A stretch of 64,000 nt of DNA, taken from a virus (Duplodnaviria > Caudoviricetes). Below the pieces are notes generated by a model. The model saw only the letters and a program-made list of their open reading frames with translations. It was not told the origin of the DNA and made no database searches. This document shows positions 19,000-28,000 of the stretch, piece by piece. Position 1 is the stretch's first letter, and the number at the start of each line of letters is the position of its first letter. The DNA is taken from the IMG/VR virus record IMGVR_UViG_3300006045_001036. One strand, written 5' to 3'. The position numbers and the translations under genes are program-made.

Positions 19000-19218
19000 T
19001 TAACCTCCTAAGCTTCGGAGTGCGTTGTTAATACGTTTATTAGCACCACGCAACTGCGAATTTAATCGCACACACCATGAAACTCCACGATGCTTGAACT
19101 CTGTTAAAGATTTTTCAAACCGCTCTCGGTCATACTCTCGAATACAACAGAAGTACACTTCGTCATAAGAAACAGTATCTCGCCGTACTTCGTGGAGTCT
19201 TTTGATTAAATCAACCAT
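19000..19218 (-). CDS. hypothetical protein
   Basis: Operon-packed, overlaps the upstream gene. Confidence 0.65.
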   Translation of the reverse strand: MVDLIKRLHEVRRDTVSYDEVYFCCIREYDRERFEKSLTEFKHRGVSWCVRLNSQLRGANKRINNALRSLGG

Positions 19219-19573
19219 TCTCTTCTATCTCGTTGTATAGTTTAGTGATTTGCTTATACGTTTCATAAACATCGGCGGGTATTTCGCCAACATCACGCAA
19301 TAGCTTCTCAATAGCTTTATCTTCGGAAATCCCTTTCATTTGAACCTTAGTGTATAGTTCCATTCCAAGCAGTAAACTGTTCAAATCTTCGAGGGTTGGT
19401 ATCTTGATTTGATGACCGCCGAAGTATTTACATAGATTGAATAAACCGTCAATTCCTACGAAAGGTAACAACTCGGGAATAGCCGAATATTCAGGTTCGT
19501 TCTTGAGCGGGTATAGAAACTGCAATGCAAAAATCAAATCCTTATAATCTCGACTATTTTTATTTTCCGTCAC
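19211..19573 (-). CDS. Mor/C-like transcription regulator (putative)
   Basis: VGIDGLFNLCKYFGGHQIKIP resembles the GGxxxxIP motif of Mor-family activators. Confidence 0.55.
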   Translation of the reverse strand: MTENKNSRDYKDLIFALQFLYPLKNEPEYSAIPELLPFVGIDGLFNLCKYFGGHQIKIPTLEDLNSLLLGMELYTKVQMKGISEDKAIEKLLRDVGEIPADVYETYKQITKLYNEIEENG

Positions 19574-19832
19574 ACCGTAAATACCTCACTTCCCGAGAAA
19601 ATCAATTTGCTATAGAATGGATAAACGAAGAAGTTTTGCCGTTTCATTGCAATCGTTATGTCTTACAAGCCATTCGGGACAGTATTGAGTATTCCGTGCA
19701 ACACAGTCGGTATCTTGTCCGCTATCCGCCTGAATTGGAGCGTGGGGCGAAAACTCGCTGTGCTGTTTTAACGAAACTGCTTCTTGTTGCATTAGCACAG
19801 AAATTTGAGTGGGACTGGCGGTATTATCCTAA

Positions 19833-20786
19833 TTAGTCCTTGTTGTTTTTGAGTTCTTGTTTTGCCGTAGCGGAAATGATGTCTTTAATCGCAACATGGA
19901 AATTATCGACATTTTCGTTTTTCGTAGTAATCGTTGTTTCTTCTGAAGAATTGCCGACAACACAGCGGAAATCTGCTGAGAACCCGCCTTTGTCATCCAT
20001 GGCAGTTATAGACGGTATTGTGAGAACTAAATCGTAATCTACCGACGTGCTGTTGATTTGACGAACATCCGCCTCTATCCTAATCGTGTTCCCGATTGCT
20101 TGTTTGGTTACATTCTTCAGCGTTATCCCCCGAGGGCGGAATTTGTCGATATCAAGCTTTGTCTCAAGCCATTCGATTGTGTCTTTCTTCGATTTTGATT
20201 TATTTTCAGCAGAAGAATTGATTTGAGCAGGATTCGGGTCAGCGGGATTTGTCGGCTCAGGTGGCGGAGTTTCATCGGAGTCAACCTTGTTCGTACTGTC
20301 TTTCATTCCGCTTGGCTTCATGGACGGTGCAGCGTGGTTATTGGTATCACCAACACGCTGAACATATACGAGAGCGTTTTCTCCTTCGTCAATCCGCTCG
20401 AAAGCCAGCATAGTGAAATTCCATGCCTGTATCCCTCTCCACATAGGATTAATAACCTTGCGTAAATCGGTGTCTGCCGAGAACACTGCGTAAAGTTCGC
20501 CGTCTTGCTCGTATACTCTTTCGAGTCCACGCAAATCATTATCGTTTTTAAGTTGATGGTATATCGAGTTAACCCAGTCGCTGTCAAACACAACAGGACT
20601 TTTCGACGTGCGGACGTTCACCGACGCATTCCCTGACATTGCCGAACTTTTGACCTCGACACCAAGACGCTGCAGAGCCGTCGCACGTTTAGACGAAGCA
20701 AGCAGCTTTGTAGTCTTATCCTCGCTCTTAATCGAAGAATAAATCTTAGATTTTGACATGAAATCAGCAGTAGATACTATTTTCAT
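19833..20786 (-). CDS. putative internal head protein, two domains
   Basis: GGAGG RBS; MKIVSTA leader; KIYSS, LLASS, VKSSA, QINSSA; Pro-rich linker. Confidence 0.7.
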   Translation of the reverse strand: MKIVSTADFMSKSKIYSSIKSEDKTTKLLASSKRATALQRLGVEVKSSAMSGNASVNVRTSKSPVVFDSDWVNSIYHQLKNDNDLRGLERVYEQDGELYAVFSADTDLRKVINPMWRGIQAWNFTMLAFERIDEGENALVYVQRVGDTNNHAAPSMKPSGMKDSTNKVDSDETPPPEPTNPADPNPAQINSSAENKSKSKKDTIEWLETKLDIDKFRPRGITLKNVTKQAIGNTIRIEADVRQINSTSVDYDLVLTIPSITAMDDKGGFSADFRCVVGNSSEETTITTKNENVDNFHVAIKDIISATAKQELKNNKD

Positions 20787-20788
20787 CG

Positions 20789-21067
20789 TTAATCCTCCTG
20801 TACTTCAGGTAATCTTATTTCCACCAAACCACCAGCTTTCGGAATGATGATATACTTCATATTTTCTAACAGTTTTATCGTAGACGACATCAACGGTGTT
20901 GTCGGAGTCCACTCACTTCCACCATCGTTTGCCATAGTATTTAATCGTAAGGCAATTGCCTCTCTTTCCACACGTTCGGAAGCGTCTTTAGCAATTTTCG
21001 CTAATTCTTGTGCGGGTTTAAGAACATTCAATTGTTCTTGCGGTATAGCGGGTTGTAATTTATCCAT
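20789..21067 (-). CDS. hypothetical protein, first gene of the packaging/head operon
   Basis: AAGGAGG RBS; TAGCATT upstream. Confidence 0.75.
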   Translation of the reverse strand: MDKLQPAIPQEQLNVLKPAQELAKIAKDASERVEREAIALRLNTMANDGGSEWTPTTPLMSSTIKLLENMKYIIIPKAGGLVEIRLPEVQED

Positions 21068-21119
21068 AGTTATAATACCTCCTTAGAGCTTTATAGAGAG
21101 TTTATAGTTTCATTTAATA

Positions 21120-21126
21120 AATGCTA
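21120..21126 (-). promoter_or_regulatory. candidate late promoter TAGCATT, overlapping a plus-strand TGnTATAAT
   Basis: Plus strand reads AATGCTATAAT at the divergence point. Confidence 0.5.
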
Positions 21127-21168
21127 TAATTAAGTCACCAATCTGTAAGAATGATGGCAAACTATGCC

Positions 21169-21197
21169 TTGACAAAACTTTAAATTTGTGTTACACT
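21169..21197 (+). promoter_or_regulatory. sigmaA-type promoter
   Basis: TTGACA-17 nt-TACACT with extended TG. Confidence 0.75.
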
Positions 21198-21226
21198 GAT
21201 GCAAAACCTTGAAAGGATGTACACAA

Positions 21227-21499
21227 ATGTCTATTATATCTAAAGACCCCACCCGCTCTGAGGAACTAATTCGAGAGATTCAAAGAACCGAGATAGAACC
21301 TGATTTTTCCAAGAATTTACACTTGCAAGAACTCAAAGAGCGAGCCGAGAACGGCAATGAGTTAGACGAGATAGCATATAGAGACGAGCTTCACCGTCAA
21401 ACAGAAGAATTCTTCAAAGAAATCGAAACCACCCCCGAATACCAAGAAACCGACACAAAACTTCAAGAGCTATGTGAGCAGTTTGCTGACGAGTGCTAA
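21227..21499 (+). CDS. acidic helical protein, paralogue of the C-terminal part of 60808..61380
   Basis: GAAAGGA RBS; clear by-eye alignment with the 60808 product. Confidence 0.75.
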   Translation: MSIISKDPTRSEELIREIQRTEIEPDFSKNLHLQELKERAENGNELDEIAYRDELHRQTEEFFKEIETTPEYQETDTKLQELCEQFADEC

Positions 21500-21508
21500 T
21501 ACACAAAA

Positions 21509-21538
21509 TTGCCGCTACTCCTGGTTGAATAGCGGCAA
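21509..21538. repeat. palindromic island repeat copy 1 (variant; probable terminator)
   Basis: TTGCCGCTA-12 nt-TAGCGGCAA. Confidence 0.65.
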
Positions 21539-21556
21539 CTTTATTTTCAAAACCCC

Positions 21557-21585
21557 TTGCTTTTCCCCAAATTCTATGTTAAACT
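21557..21585 (+). promoter_or_regulatory. sigmaA-type promoter followed by TAGCATT (21592-21598)
   Basis: TTGCTT-17 nt-TAAACT with extended TG. Confidence 0.6.
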
Positions 21586-21642
21586 AAGCAATAGCATTTG
21601 GTCAATTATGAACCAACGAAACTAAGAAACGAGGTAAATACT

Positions 21643-22503
21643 TTGAAACGATTTTTATCAATCCTATTATCAATCGCTGTATTCACTACAAGTACAGCGT
21701 ATAAATCGCACGAGGTTGAAGCAGACTCTGACATTGAACTTGGTGGGTTTGAGCCTATGAGTGAACCTGTTGAAGAAGGTATTGGGCTTGAAATTAAATT
21801 GAAAACAGTCAGTGGAAACGAGGTTATTGAAATCTCCAATCCGACTGATACTGCAATCTCGTGTAAGGGTCTATACTTGTCTAACGATGTCGAAGAACCT
21901 TTTATGTGGCAAATGCCGAGCGTGATTGTTCGCCCAGGGGAATCGGCTATTTTTGCGGGGGAGGGCGATAACGATACAGCGTTTCTAAAGAGATGTAAGG
22001 TTGATTTTAAGATTGCGGTTAATTATACGGTTCCTGTGTATAATCATATTTTGTTGAGTACGGCTAATGGGGAATATTTGAACTGTAGTGAGGTTAATTG
22101 GTGTAAAGAGTGCAACACCGACGATTGGTTTTACAAAAAAGTATCTATAACTTTAAGGAACAACCAATGGGGGGATGTCTATGAAGACGCACTCTACGCA
22201 ATTATTGATGAACACGAACAAACTATAACCTACTACACGAGATACCCTTTATCTTCGTGGAGAACTTATGAATTTAACGTGTCTGGAGATGGTGTTGAAT
22301 TCGGATATACGTACCTCGTTATACAACATTCTATTCAGCCTCCGCAGGTTTCCATGTCAAACAACAATAAGACGTCTACTATATCGCTGTATCACAATAT
22401 TCCGGGTATTTCTTTACCTGTTACTATCGCCCGACAGAGCTTTAGTGGTAATCCTCATGCAATCGTAATTGATGATGCGTGGGAGGCTTCCATTACCCAG
22501 TAG
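21643..22503 (+). CDS. secreted lamin-tail-domain (LTD) protein
   Basis: GAGGT RBS and TTG; signal peptide MKRFLSILLSIAVF; IEISNPTDTAISCKGLYLSND..WQMPSVIVRPGES LTD signature. Confidence 0.75.
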   Translation: MKRFLSILLSIAVFTTSTAYKSHEVEADSDIELGGFEPMSEPVEEGIGLEIKLKTVSGNEVIEISNPTDTAISCKGLYLSNDVEEPFMWQMPSVIVRPGESAIFAGEGDNDTAFLKRCKVDFKIAVNYTVPVYNHILLSTANGEYLNCSEVNWCKECNTDDWFYKKVSITLRNNQWGDVYEDALYAIIDEHEQTITYYTRYPLSSWRTYEFNVSGDGVEFGYTYLVIQHSIQPPQVSMSNNNKTSTISLYHNIPGISLPVTIARQSFSGNPHAIVIDDAWEASITQ

Positions 22504-22556
22504 AGAGTAATGGCAGAGTTGTAATTACAAGAGTGGAGTGAATACTTAAATAATTT

Positions 22557-22582
22557 AGCCGTTACTTCCACAGGTAACGGCT
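22557..22582. repeat. palindromic island repeat copy 2
   Basis: AGCCGTTAC-8 nt-GTAACGGCT. Confidence 0.75.
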
Positions 22583-22665
22583 TTAAACACATCCAACGAC
22601 AAAATCAATTGATGGCAAGCTGTGTAAAGTATTGTATATACTTATTACCGAAAGGAGAAAATTTC

Positions 22666-23056
22666 ATGATTAAGATTAAGAGTTCAAGCGGTGTCGGGGG
22701 GGGGGCGAATTTGTTCGTCTGCCAACAACGAGTTCAACGACATAAAGGCATTTCTTGAAGATATTCGCAGTCAACAAGGTTCGGAGGACAGATACGTAGC
22801 AGAGACCAAAGGAAATCATACTGTGAATATTCCTGCGAATGCACTCGCACAAGTTGTAGATAAGTTCTTCGGAGCGATGTTAGTTGTTGCTGAGGAAACA
22901 GGGGCAACCTACGATGCTTATGTCAACGGTTTCAACTATTGGTTGAAACTCTCCGAGAAACGTATCAACGACACACACGGTGAAAGTTTGGGAAACGCTT
23001 CAACAGGATTTATCAAATCGGCATTGAAACAGCAAGTGGCTTATGAAATGAGATAG
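22666..23056 (+). pseudogene. head-leader protein frameshifted at a G10 tract (phase-OFF allele or homopolymer error)
   Basis: GAAAGGAG RBS and ATG 22666; with G9 the frame reads MIKIKSSSGVGGGRICSSANNEF... to TAG 23056; with G10 it stops at TGA 22758. Confidence 0.75.
22696..22705 (+). repeat. poly-G tract (G10)
   Basis: Ten consecutive G; the only such run I noticed in the window. Confidence 0.95.
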
Positions 23057-23096
23057 CGAAAATGGCATGGTTGGATGCCGAGAATTAATACACAGC

Positions 23097-23127
23097 TTAG
23101 CCGTTGCCTACGGAAGGTAACGGCTAA
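23097..23127. repeat. palindromic island repeat copy 3
   Basis: TTAGCCGTTGCC..GGTAACGGCTAA. Confidence 0.75.
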
Positions 23128-23170
23128 TTTATAATATTAAGCATTTATTTTGCAGGAGGTGATAAATTTC

Positions 23171-23572
23171 ATGGAAAACGAAGAAAACTCAAAAATTCCC
23201 GAACCAGTCGATGTGCCTGTTCAAGAGTATTTGAAAAGTATTGATACCAATTTAAAGCAACTTGTTATTATACTTGAATCCATTACCAACGACAAAAACG
23301 AAAACAGAGAGCAACAATGTGAGGAAGATGAAGATGAAGAAACTCCATTGGTTTGTTCTGTCTGCGGACACACTACATTAACGTACCATGACATTGAGCT
23401 TTGTGGGATATGTGGAGTAAATTGCATGGCTCGAGGACTTCTCAAACTCCAAGATTTTTTCGAATCGCTTGGTAACGGTGAAATTAATCTTGGCAATAAA
23501 TTTGAATTTGCGAATTGGCAGGTAGAGACTCGACCGTCAGGCTGGAGGTTTGCCCAACAGAAGCAGGGGTGA
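23171..23572 (+). CDS. zinc-ribbon protein
   Basis: AGGAGGTG RBS; CSVC..CGIC. Confidence 0.7.
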   Translation: MENEENSKIPEPVDVPVQEYLKSIDTNLKQLVIILESITNDKNENREQQCEEDEDEETPLVCSVCGHTTLTYHDIELCGICGVNCMARGLLKLQDFFESLGNGEINLGNKFEFANWQVETRPSGWRFAQQKQG

Positions 23573-23762
23573 CAATTTTGCCGTTTTTATTAATGTACAC
23601 ACCTGGGTAATAAACATTACTCGATTCTACTGGATTTTCATTTTCAGCAACAAAGCACTTTTTCGTAATGCAGTTTTGACAGAAGTAGTTTTTGTGGTGG
23701 TTTGTTATTGTCTCTTTCTTAACCGTAAACATACACCCGCATTCGCAAGTGAATAAAAACAT
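23484..23762 (-). CDS. zinc-ribbon protein
   Basis: GAAAGGA RBS, own consensus promoter; CECGC..CQNC. Confidence 0.7.
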   Translation of the reverse strand: MFLFTCECGCMFTVKKETITNHHKNYFCQNCITKKCFVAENENPVESSNVYYPGVYINKNGKIVTPASVGQTSSLTVESLPANSQIQIYCQD

Positions 23763-23794
23763 ATGCAATTCCTTTCTTGGTAGATAATACCCGC

Positions 23795-23823
23795 ATTATA
23801 CCACATTTTGATGAACCTGTCAA
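23795..23823 (-). promoter_or_regulatory. consensus sigmaA promoter
   Basis: TTGACA-17 nt-TATAAT with extended TG. Confidence 0.85.
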
Positions 23824-23830
23824 GTAAACC

Positions 23831-23854
23831 GCCGTTACCTAACGAGGTAACGGC
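23831..23854. repeat. palindromic island repeat copy 4
   Basis: GCCGTTACC-6 nt-GGTAACGGC followed by AAAACTGTGTA. Confidence 0.75.
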
Positions 23855-23916
23855 AAAACTGTGTAAAAGAGCATTTATTTAAGTGTGAAATAAAACGTGG
23901 AAAGGAGGAATGTTTA

Positions 23917-24075
23917 ATGACTTTTAGTGAAAGAGTAGACACTCTAACCCAACCATTAACACCCGAGCAACAAGAACAACACGACAGAGATTTTAATAAG
24001 TGTGTGGAAGCTTTAGCGTCAATCTTTCGGGCAATCCACACCCAAATCCACAGGCAAGAAACCCAGTTTTCTTAA
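23917..24075 (+). CDS. small hypothetical protein (52 aa)
   Basis: Read manually: AAAGGAGG RBS, MTFSERVDTLTQPLTPEQQEQHDRDFNKCVEALASIFRAIHTQIHRQETQFS*. Confidence 0.7.
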   Translation: MTFSERVDTLTQPLTPEQQEQHDRDFNKCVEALASIFRAIHTQIHRQETQFS

Positions 24076-24288
24076 TGAAACTATTGTACTGGCGGTGTTT
24101 AACTCAACGAGCGGTTGAAGTATGTTTGACATGAGTTGTTTTATGGTGTCATCGTTAAAAGCACCACTTTGAATTTTTGCGGAGGTTTCAAAGAAATTTT
24201 CACTTAATGCCGTAGTAAACGCAGGATAGTTTGCAATAGTTTCGGCGACAGTGTCGGGAATGATTTTGTTAATCTCTTCTTTTGACAT
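24019..24288 (-). CDS. hypothetical protein
   Basis: AAAGGAG RBS, own consensus promoter. Confidence 0.75.
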   Translation of the reverse strand: MSKEEINKIIPDTVAETIANYPAFTTALSENFFETSAKIQSGAFNDDTIKQLMSNILQPLVELNTASTIVSLRKLGFLPVDLGVDCPKD

Positions 24289-24324
24289 GGTTTAGGCTCC
24301 TTTGTAAATTTTCAGAATACCTAT

Positions 24325-24353
24325 ATTATAGCATGATTTACCAAGTCTGTCAA
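24325..24353 (-). promoter_or_regulatory. consensus sigmaA promoter
   Basis: TTGACA-17 nt-TATAAT with extended TG. Confidence 0.85.
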
Positions 24354-24369
24354 CCCGCAACTAAAACAA

Positions 24370-24394
24370 AAGTATGGGCGAAAAGCCCATACTT
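24370..24394. terminator. terminator hairpin
   Basis: AAGTATGGGC-GAAAA-GCCCATACTT, T-run on the minus strand. Confidence 0.7.
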
Positions 24395-24475
24395 AAATAA
24401 ATAATTAAGGAGATAAACACATGAAAACACTTATATTAGAAATATCTGAGGAACACGCCTCAAAATAGATGAGAA

Positions 24476-24502
24476 TTGCCAAGCTACGTTGTAGCTTGGC
24501 AA
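24476..24502. terminator. terminator at the end of the tail operon
   Basis: Perfect 12-bp stem TTGCCAAGCTAC/GTAGCTTGGCAA just after the 24508 stop. Confidence 0.75.
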
Positions 24503-24507
24503 AACAA

Positions 24508-25005
24508 CTACCCGTTGAGTTCTTCATCGCTGCAACAAGGGTCAGTGGTCGATATAATTTCGGGGTCAGACTTGGAGGAAGTTTTAGGTTTCTTTTTGGG
24601 TTTTGAAACAGGCTTTGTAGAAGATTGCTCGACATATTCATTACAGCCGTCATCATGGTGTTGCTCGTCTGTACAACCACAACTACATTCCATTGAATCG
24701 TCTGTTGGCGGTTGCCAAGCATCGGGATTTTCGTGTAAATCAATACAAGGAGCATCTCCCCACATTCTGAATATGGCGGTTTCATAGCAACACTTGTTTG
24801 TGCTTCTCAAAAAATATTCAAGCTTTTTTCGTCCTAATGGAGAGTTTCGATATATGTGTTTATCTGTCGGTATTGGAACAGACAAAATTTCTCCTTTATA
24901 CGCTATGATTTCCACTGCCGAAAATTCCACTGAGAACGGAGACAACTTGATTTCAATTTGTTTCGCTGTCGTAGGTGTGTCGGGAGATAAAGGTTGAATC
25001 GTCAT
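24508..25005 (-). CDS. hypothetical protein after the tail fibre, Cys/His-rich C-terminus
   Basis: GAAAGGA RBS; CSCGC..HHDDGC; possibly a fibre assembly factor (positional). Confidence 0.65.
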   Translation of the reverse strand: MTIQPLSPDTPTTAKQIEIKLSPFSVEFSAVEIIAYKGEILSVPIPTDKHIYRNSPLGRKKLEYFLRSTNKCCYETAIFRMWGDAPCIDLHENPDAWQPPTDDSMECSCGCTDEQHHDDGCNEYVEQSSTKPVSKPKKKPKTSSKSDPEIISTTDPCCSDEELNG

Positions 25006-25024
25006 AGTTTTATTCCTTTCTTAA

Positions 25025-28000
25025 TTAGGTTAATTTCTTCGTTATTATTACTTTGCCATGACCGTAGTTACGTGGTTTCGATAATCCAGGGTCAGTTATT
25101 GATGAAATTGGATTACTTCCTGTGATATATCCGTTTTGCCTTGTTGCATCGGTGTCTATAGAGCTACGTCCTGCATTTCCACCAGCATTGATGTTTACTG
25201 CACCTGCACCTCCTAAGTTGCCCGAGCCACCACCGCCCCAGTCCGAACTTAAGCTGTGCCCTCCTGCTCCATAGCTATCTGCGTTCGTTGTATTTCCCTC
25301 GTGGTCTGTAGATGTAAGATTAGTAGGACGCCCATTAGTAATCATACTTGCACCACCTCCACCGCCAGCACATAGAATAGGTTCTCCTTTACCAGAGATA
25401 GGCGAGTTAGGGTTGTAGAATAGTTGGAAAGGTTTGAAGTCTTCGATAATATTCTGCGTTCGAGCGACGATTTTAAATATCATCAAATCTCCCGACACAC
25501 CTCCGAGGTCGGTGGAATGACTTGTTGAGTTTCGAGTGCAACGAATTTGGAATGTCCCGCTACTGCCATTTGGAATGTTTTTGATAAGAACACGAACCGC
25601 CGTTGTCCCTGCTAATTCTTCTGTAGTGAAGTCTGAACCGTTGGATTTTCGAAGTAGATGTCCGATTGAATATTTCCAATCTATATTTGAGCCAACGGCA
25701 GGTAGATTGCTTGGCTCGGTGGTAGGTACGGTTGCTTCGGATTGCAAAATTCGAGTAACCCCTGTTTCGGTGTCGTATGCTGAAACTTCATAACGAAGCC
25801 CCGAAGCAGACAAGTCAACAAGGCTGTTATTTCGAGTGATTGACTGTATGATACAACGAGACGAAAAGTGATTCCACCCCGAGCGGTTTAAGTGCGATGC
25901 AGGGGTATATTCTAATTCAAGCGTAACTGTGGAAGCATTAGTGGAGTCGCCGATAGGATAGCTGTAATTTTGTCCTACAGCGTCACCTATGTTTTTCTCA
26001 TCTTTAACGAAAGTACCTCCTATGCGGGTTATGGAACTGACATCACGACAAGGGTATACACGTACATATGAACAACCGCCCCCACCGTATCCTCTCGGTA
26101 AGTTCAAAGTTGCGTGACGACTTCCATCACCTGCATCGCCACCTTGTGGGAATCCACCGACTCCATTATTACTTGGTTTCTCACCAACACCAATATAAAA
26201 AGTGCATGGTGCAGAAAGCCTAACTTCGGCAGATTTGTACATCCCCATACCGCCTTGATTTCTACCATCCAAACCCGACCTGTCGCTTCTATCCCCTCCG
26301 CCCTCTGCACCCCAACACTCCATTAGGTATTTTCCCGCAGATAAGGTAATTTGCTGCTCACCCTTTGTGCAATGAAACTCCCAACCCTCATCAAGTTTGT
26401 CTCGGGTAATCTCTCCAGGCGGTATCATATCATTCGTCAATTTTCCCCATTCCGAGTTACGGTCATTATTACTCGCTTTATTAAGACTACGCATCAGCAT
26501 ATCACCGCTTGACGCAGGTGAGTTGTTTCTGTTGTGCGGCAGAATTTTGTTAGGGGTTACAGCTTTATCTTTAATCGCTACAGGGATAACAACTTCATTA
26601 TTTGTAGAGTTGTTATCGAGTTTGCGGTTGGCTTCCTCGGCAGATGTTAAAGCACGATAACTTGTGTCTGTTGTGGGTAAACGACTTGGCAACATCACAT
26701 CACCGTCATCAGTTCTAAACGATTTTTCACCGAATTTAAGAATTTGCCCCCAAGTCTTTTTAAGTATTACATACAACGAGTCACTCTCACCCCAAGTATC
26801 ATCGTCGGGAGTATCGTTGCCGACTACAATATTTGCAAGTCGTTTTTGAGTAACAGCGATTGAAGTGTTTTCGGGGAATTTGTGTCCTGTTCTGTTAGCA
26901 GCGTTGTAAGTTCTTACAGTTTGTGTTACAGGGTCGTAATCAACGTCCCAAGCAGCAATGTATTGACGAAAATCGAGTGGATATATAGCGTTAACCGTGT
27001 CTCTTACACGGAATACAAAAACATTGCCGCTACCTGTTTCGGGTATTCTCGGCAATCCCCAACGGGGACCGAAACTCGAAGAGTGTCCTCCCGCACCAAC
27101 TCCAGTTGGAGTAATCCTACTTGGACTCGTAGTACTGCCCCAGTTAACACATCTAATGGCGAGGCGGTCTCCATTCTGCACTTGATTATCGCCAGTACCG
27201 TAAGGTATTTTCAACCGAAAACTTCCTGAAATCCTTTCAGTAAGACTTTCAGACACATCACTAAACGATACAGCTAATCTTGCCATAGTAGCGAAATCAC
27301 TGTCAGTATTAGCGGGGTTGAATGTTTTGAACGTCGGGTTTGGATTGTTTGAAGACCAGTCATATTCTTCGCTGTCGTTGTAAGCACCTTGCAACGAAGT
27401 AAATGTACGTTTTTCGCTTCCCCTAATCCTTACCAAGTGCATTGTTGTGCAACCATTAGTGTTTTCGGTTCTTGACAAAGTAGATACCATGTGCATTGCT
27501 GACGGAACATCAAGAGTGAGAAATACATCTTTATCTGCTTCCATAACTCTACCGAACTCAATGTTAAAATCTCGTGACTCTCCGTCTTCAGCAAATACTA
27601 CACCACCATCACTTGTAAGCCCTGTGCCATTAGACTGAACTGTGCCTTGCATAGTCAAAGGCGACGGTGATGTCGAACCCCTAACCCCTGTTATATTACC
27701 TGTACTTGGGTTTATTAATACTGTAGAATATCTTGTTACAGGAGCATTTCGACCACTCACATACGCACTGTGAGATGGGTCAGGGAATAAACCCTTGTCT
27801 ATCGCATTTACCCCCGAGCGACTCAAATTTCTCAGTATCTTACCCCATGTAACAGGGTCGTCAACACTGAAATATCGAGGGTCTCTCTCAGTCGCTGTAC
27901 CGCCGACATTTGCGTTGCCTGAGGGATAAGGGGCATCCTCATAATAATTAGCTTTATCTTCGACATTACGTATTGCAGGTACGCTGAATTTCTCGAACGG

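Noticed and set aside
22691-23056. ORF-track start at GTG 22691
   Set aside because: No suitable RBS; the RBS-supported ATG is at 22666 in another frame across the G tract
21500-23870. CRISPR array interpretation of the palindromic repeats
   Set aside because: Copies are 500-1000 bp apart, separated by genes, with variable loops; there is no regular repeat-spacer period and no cas genes
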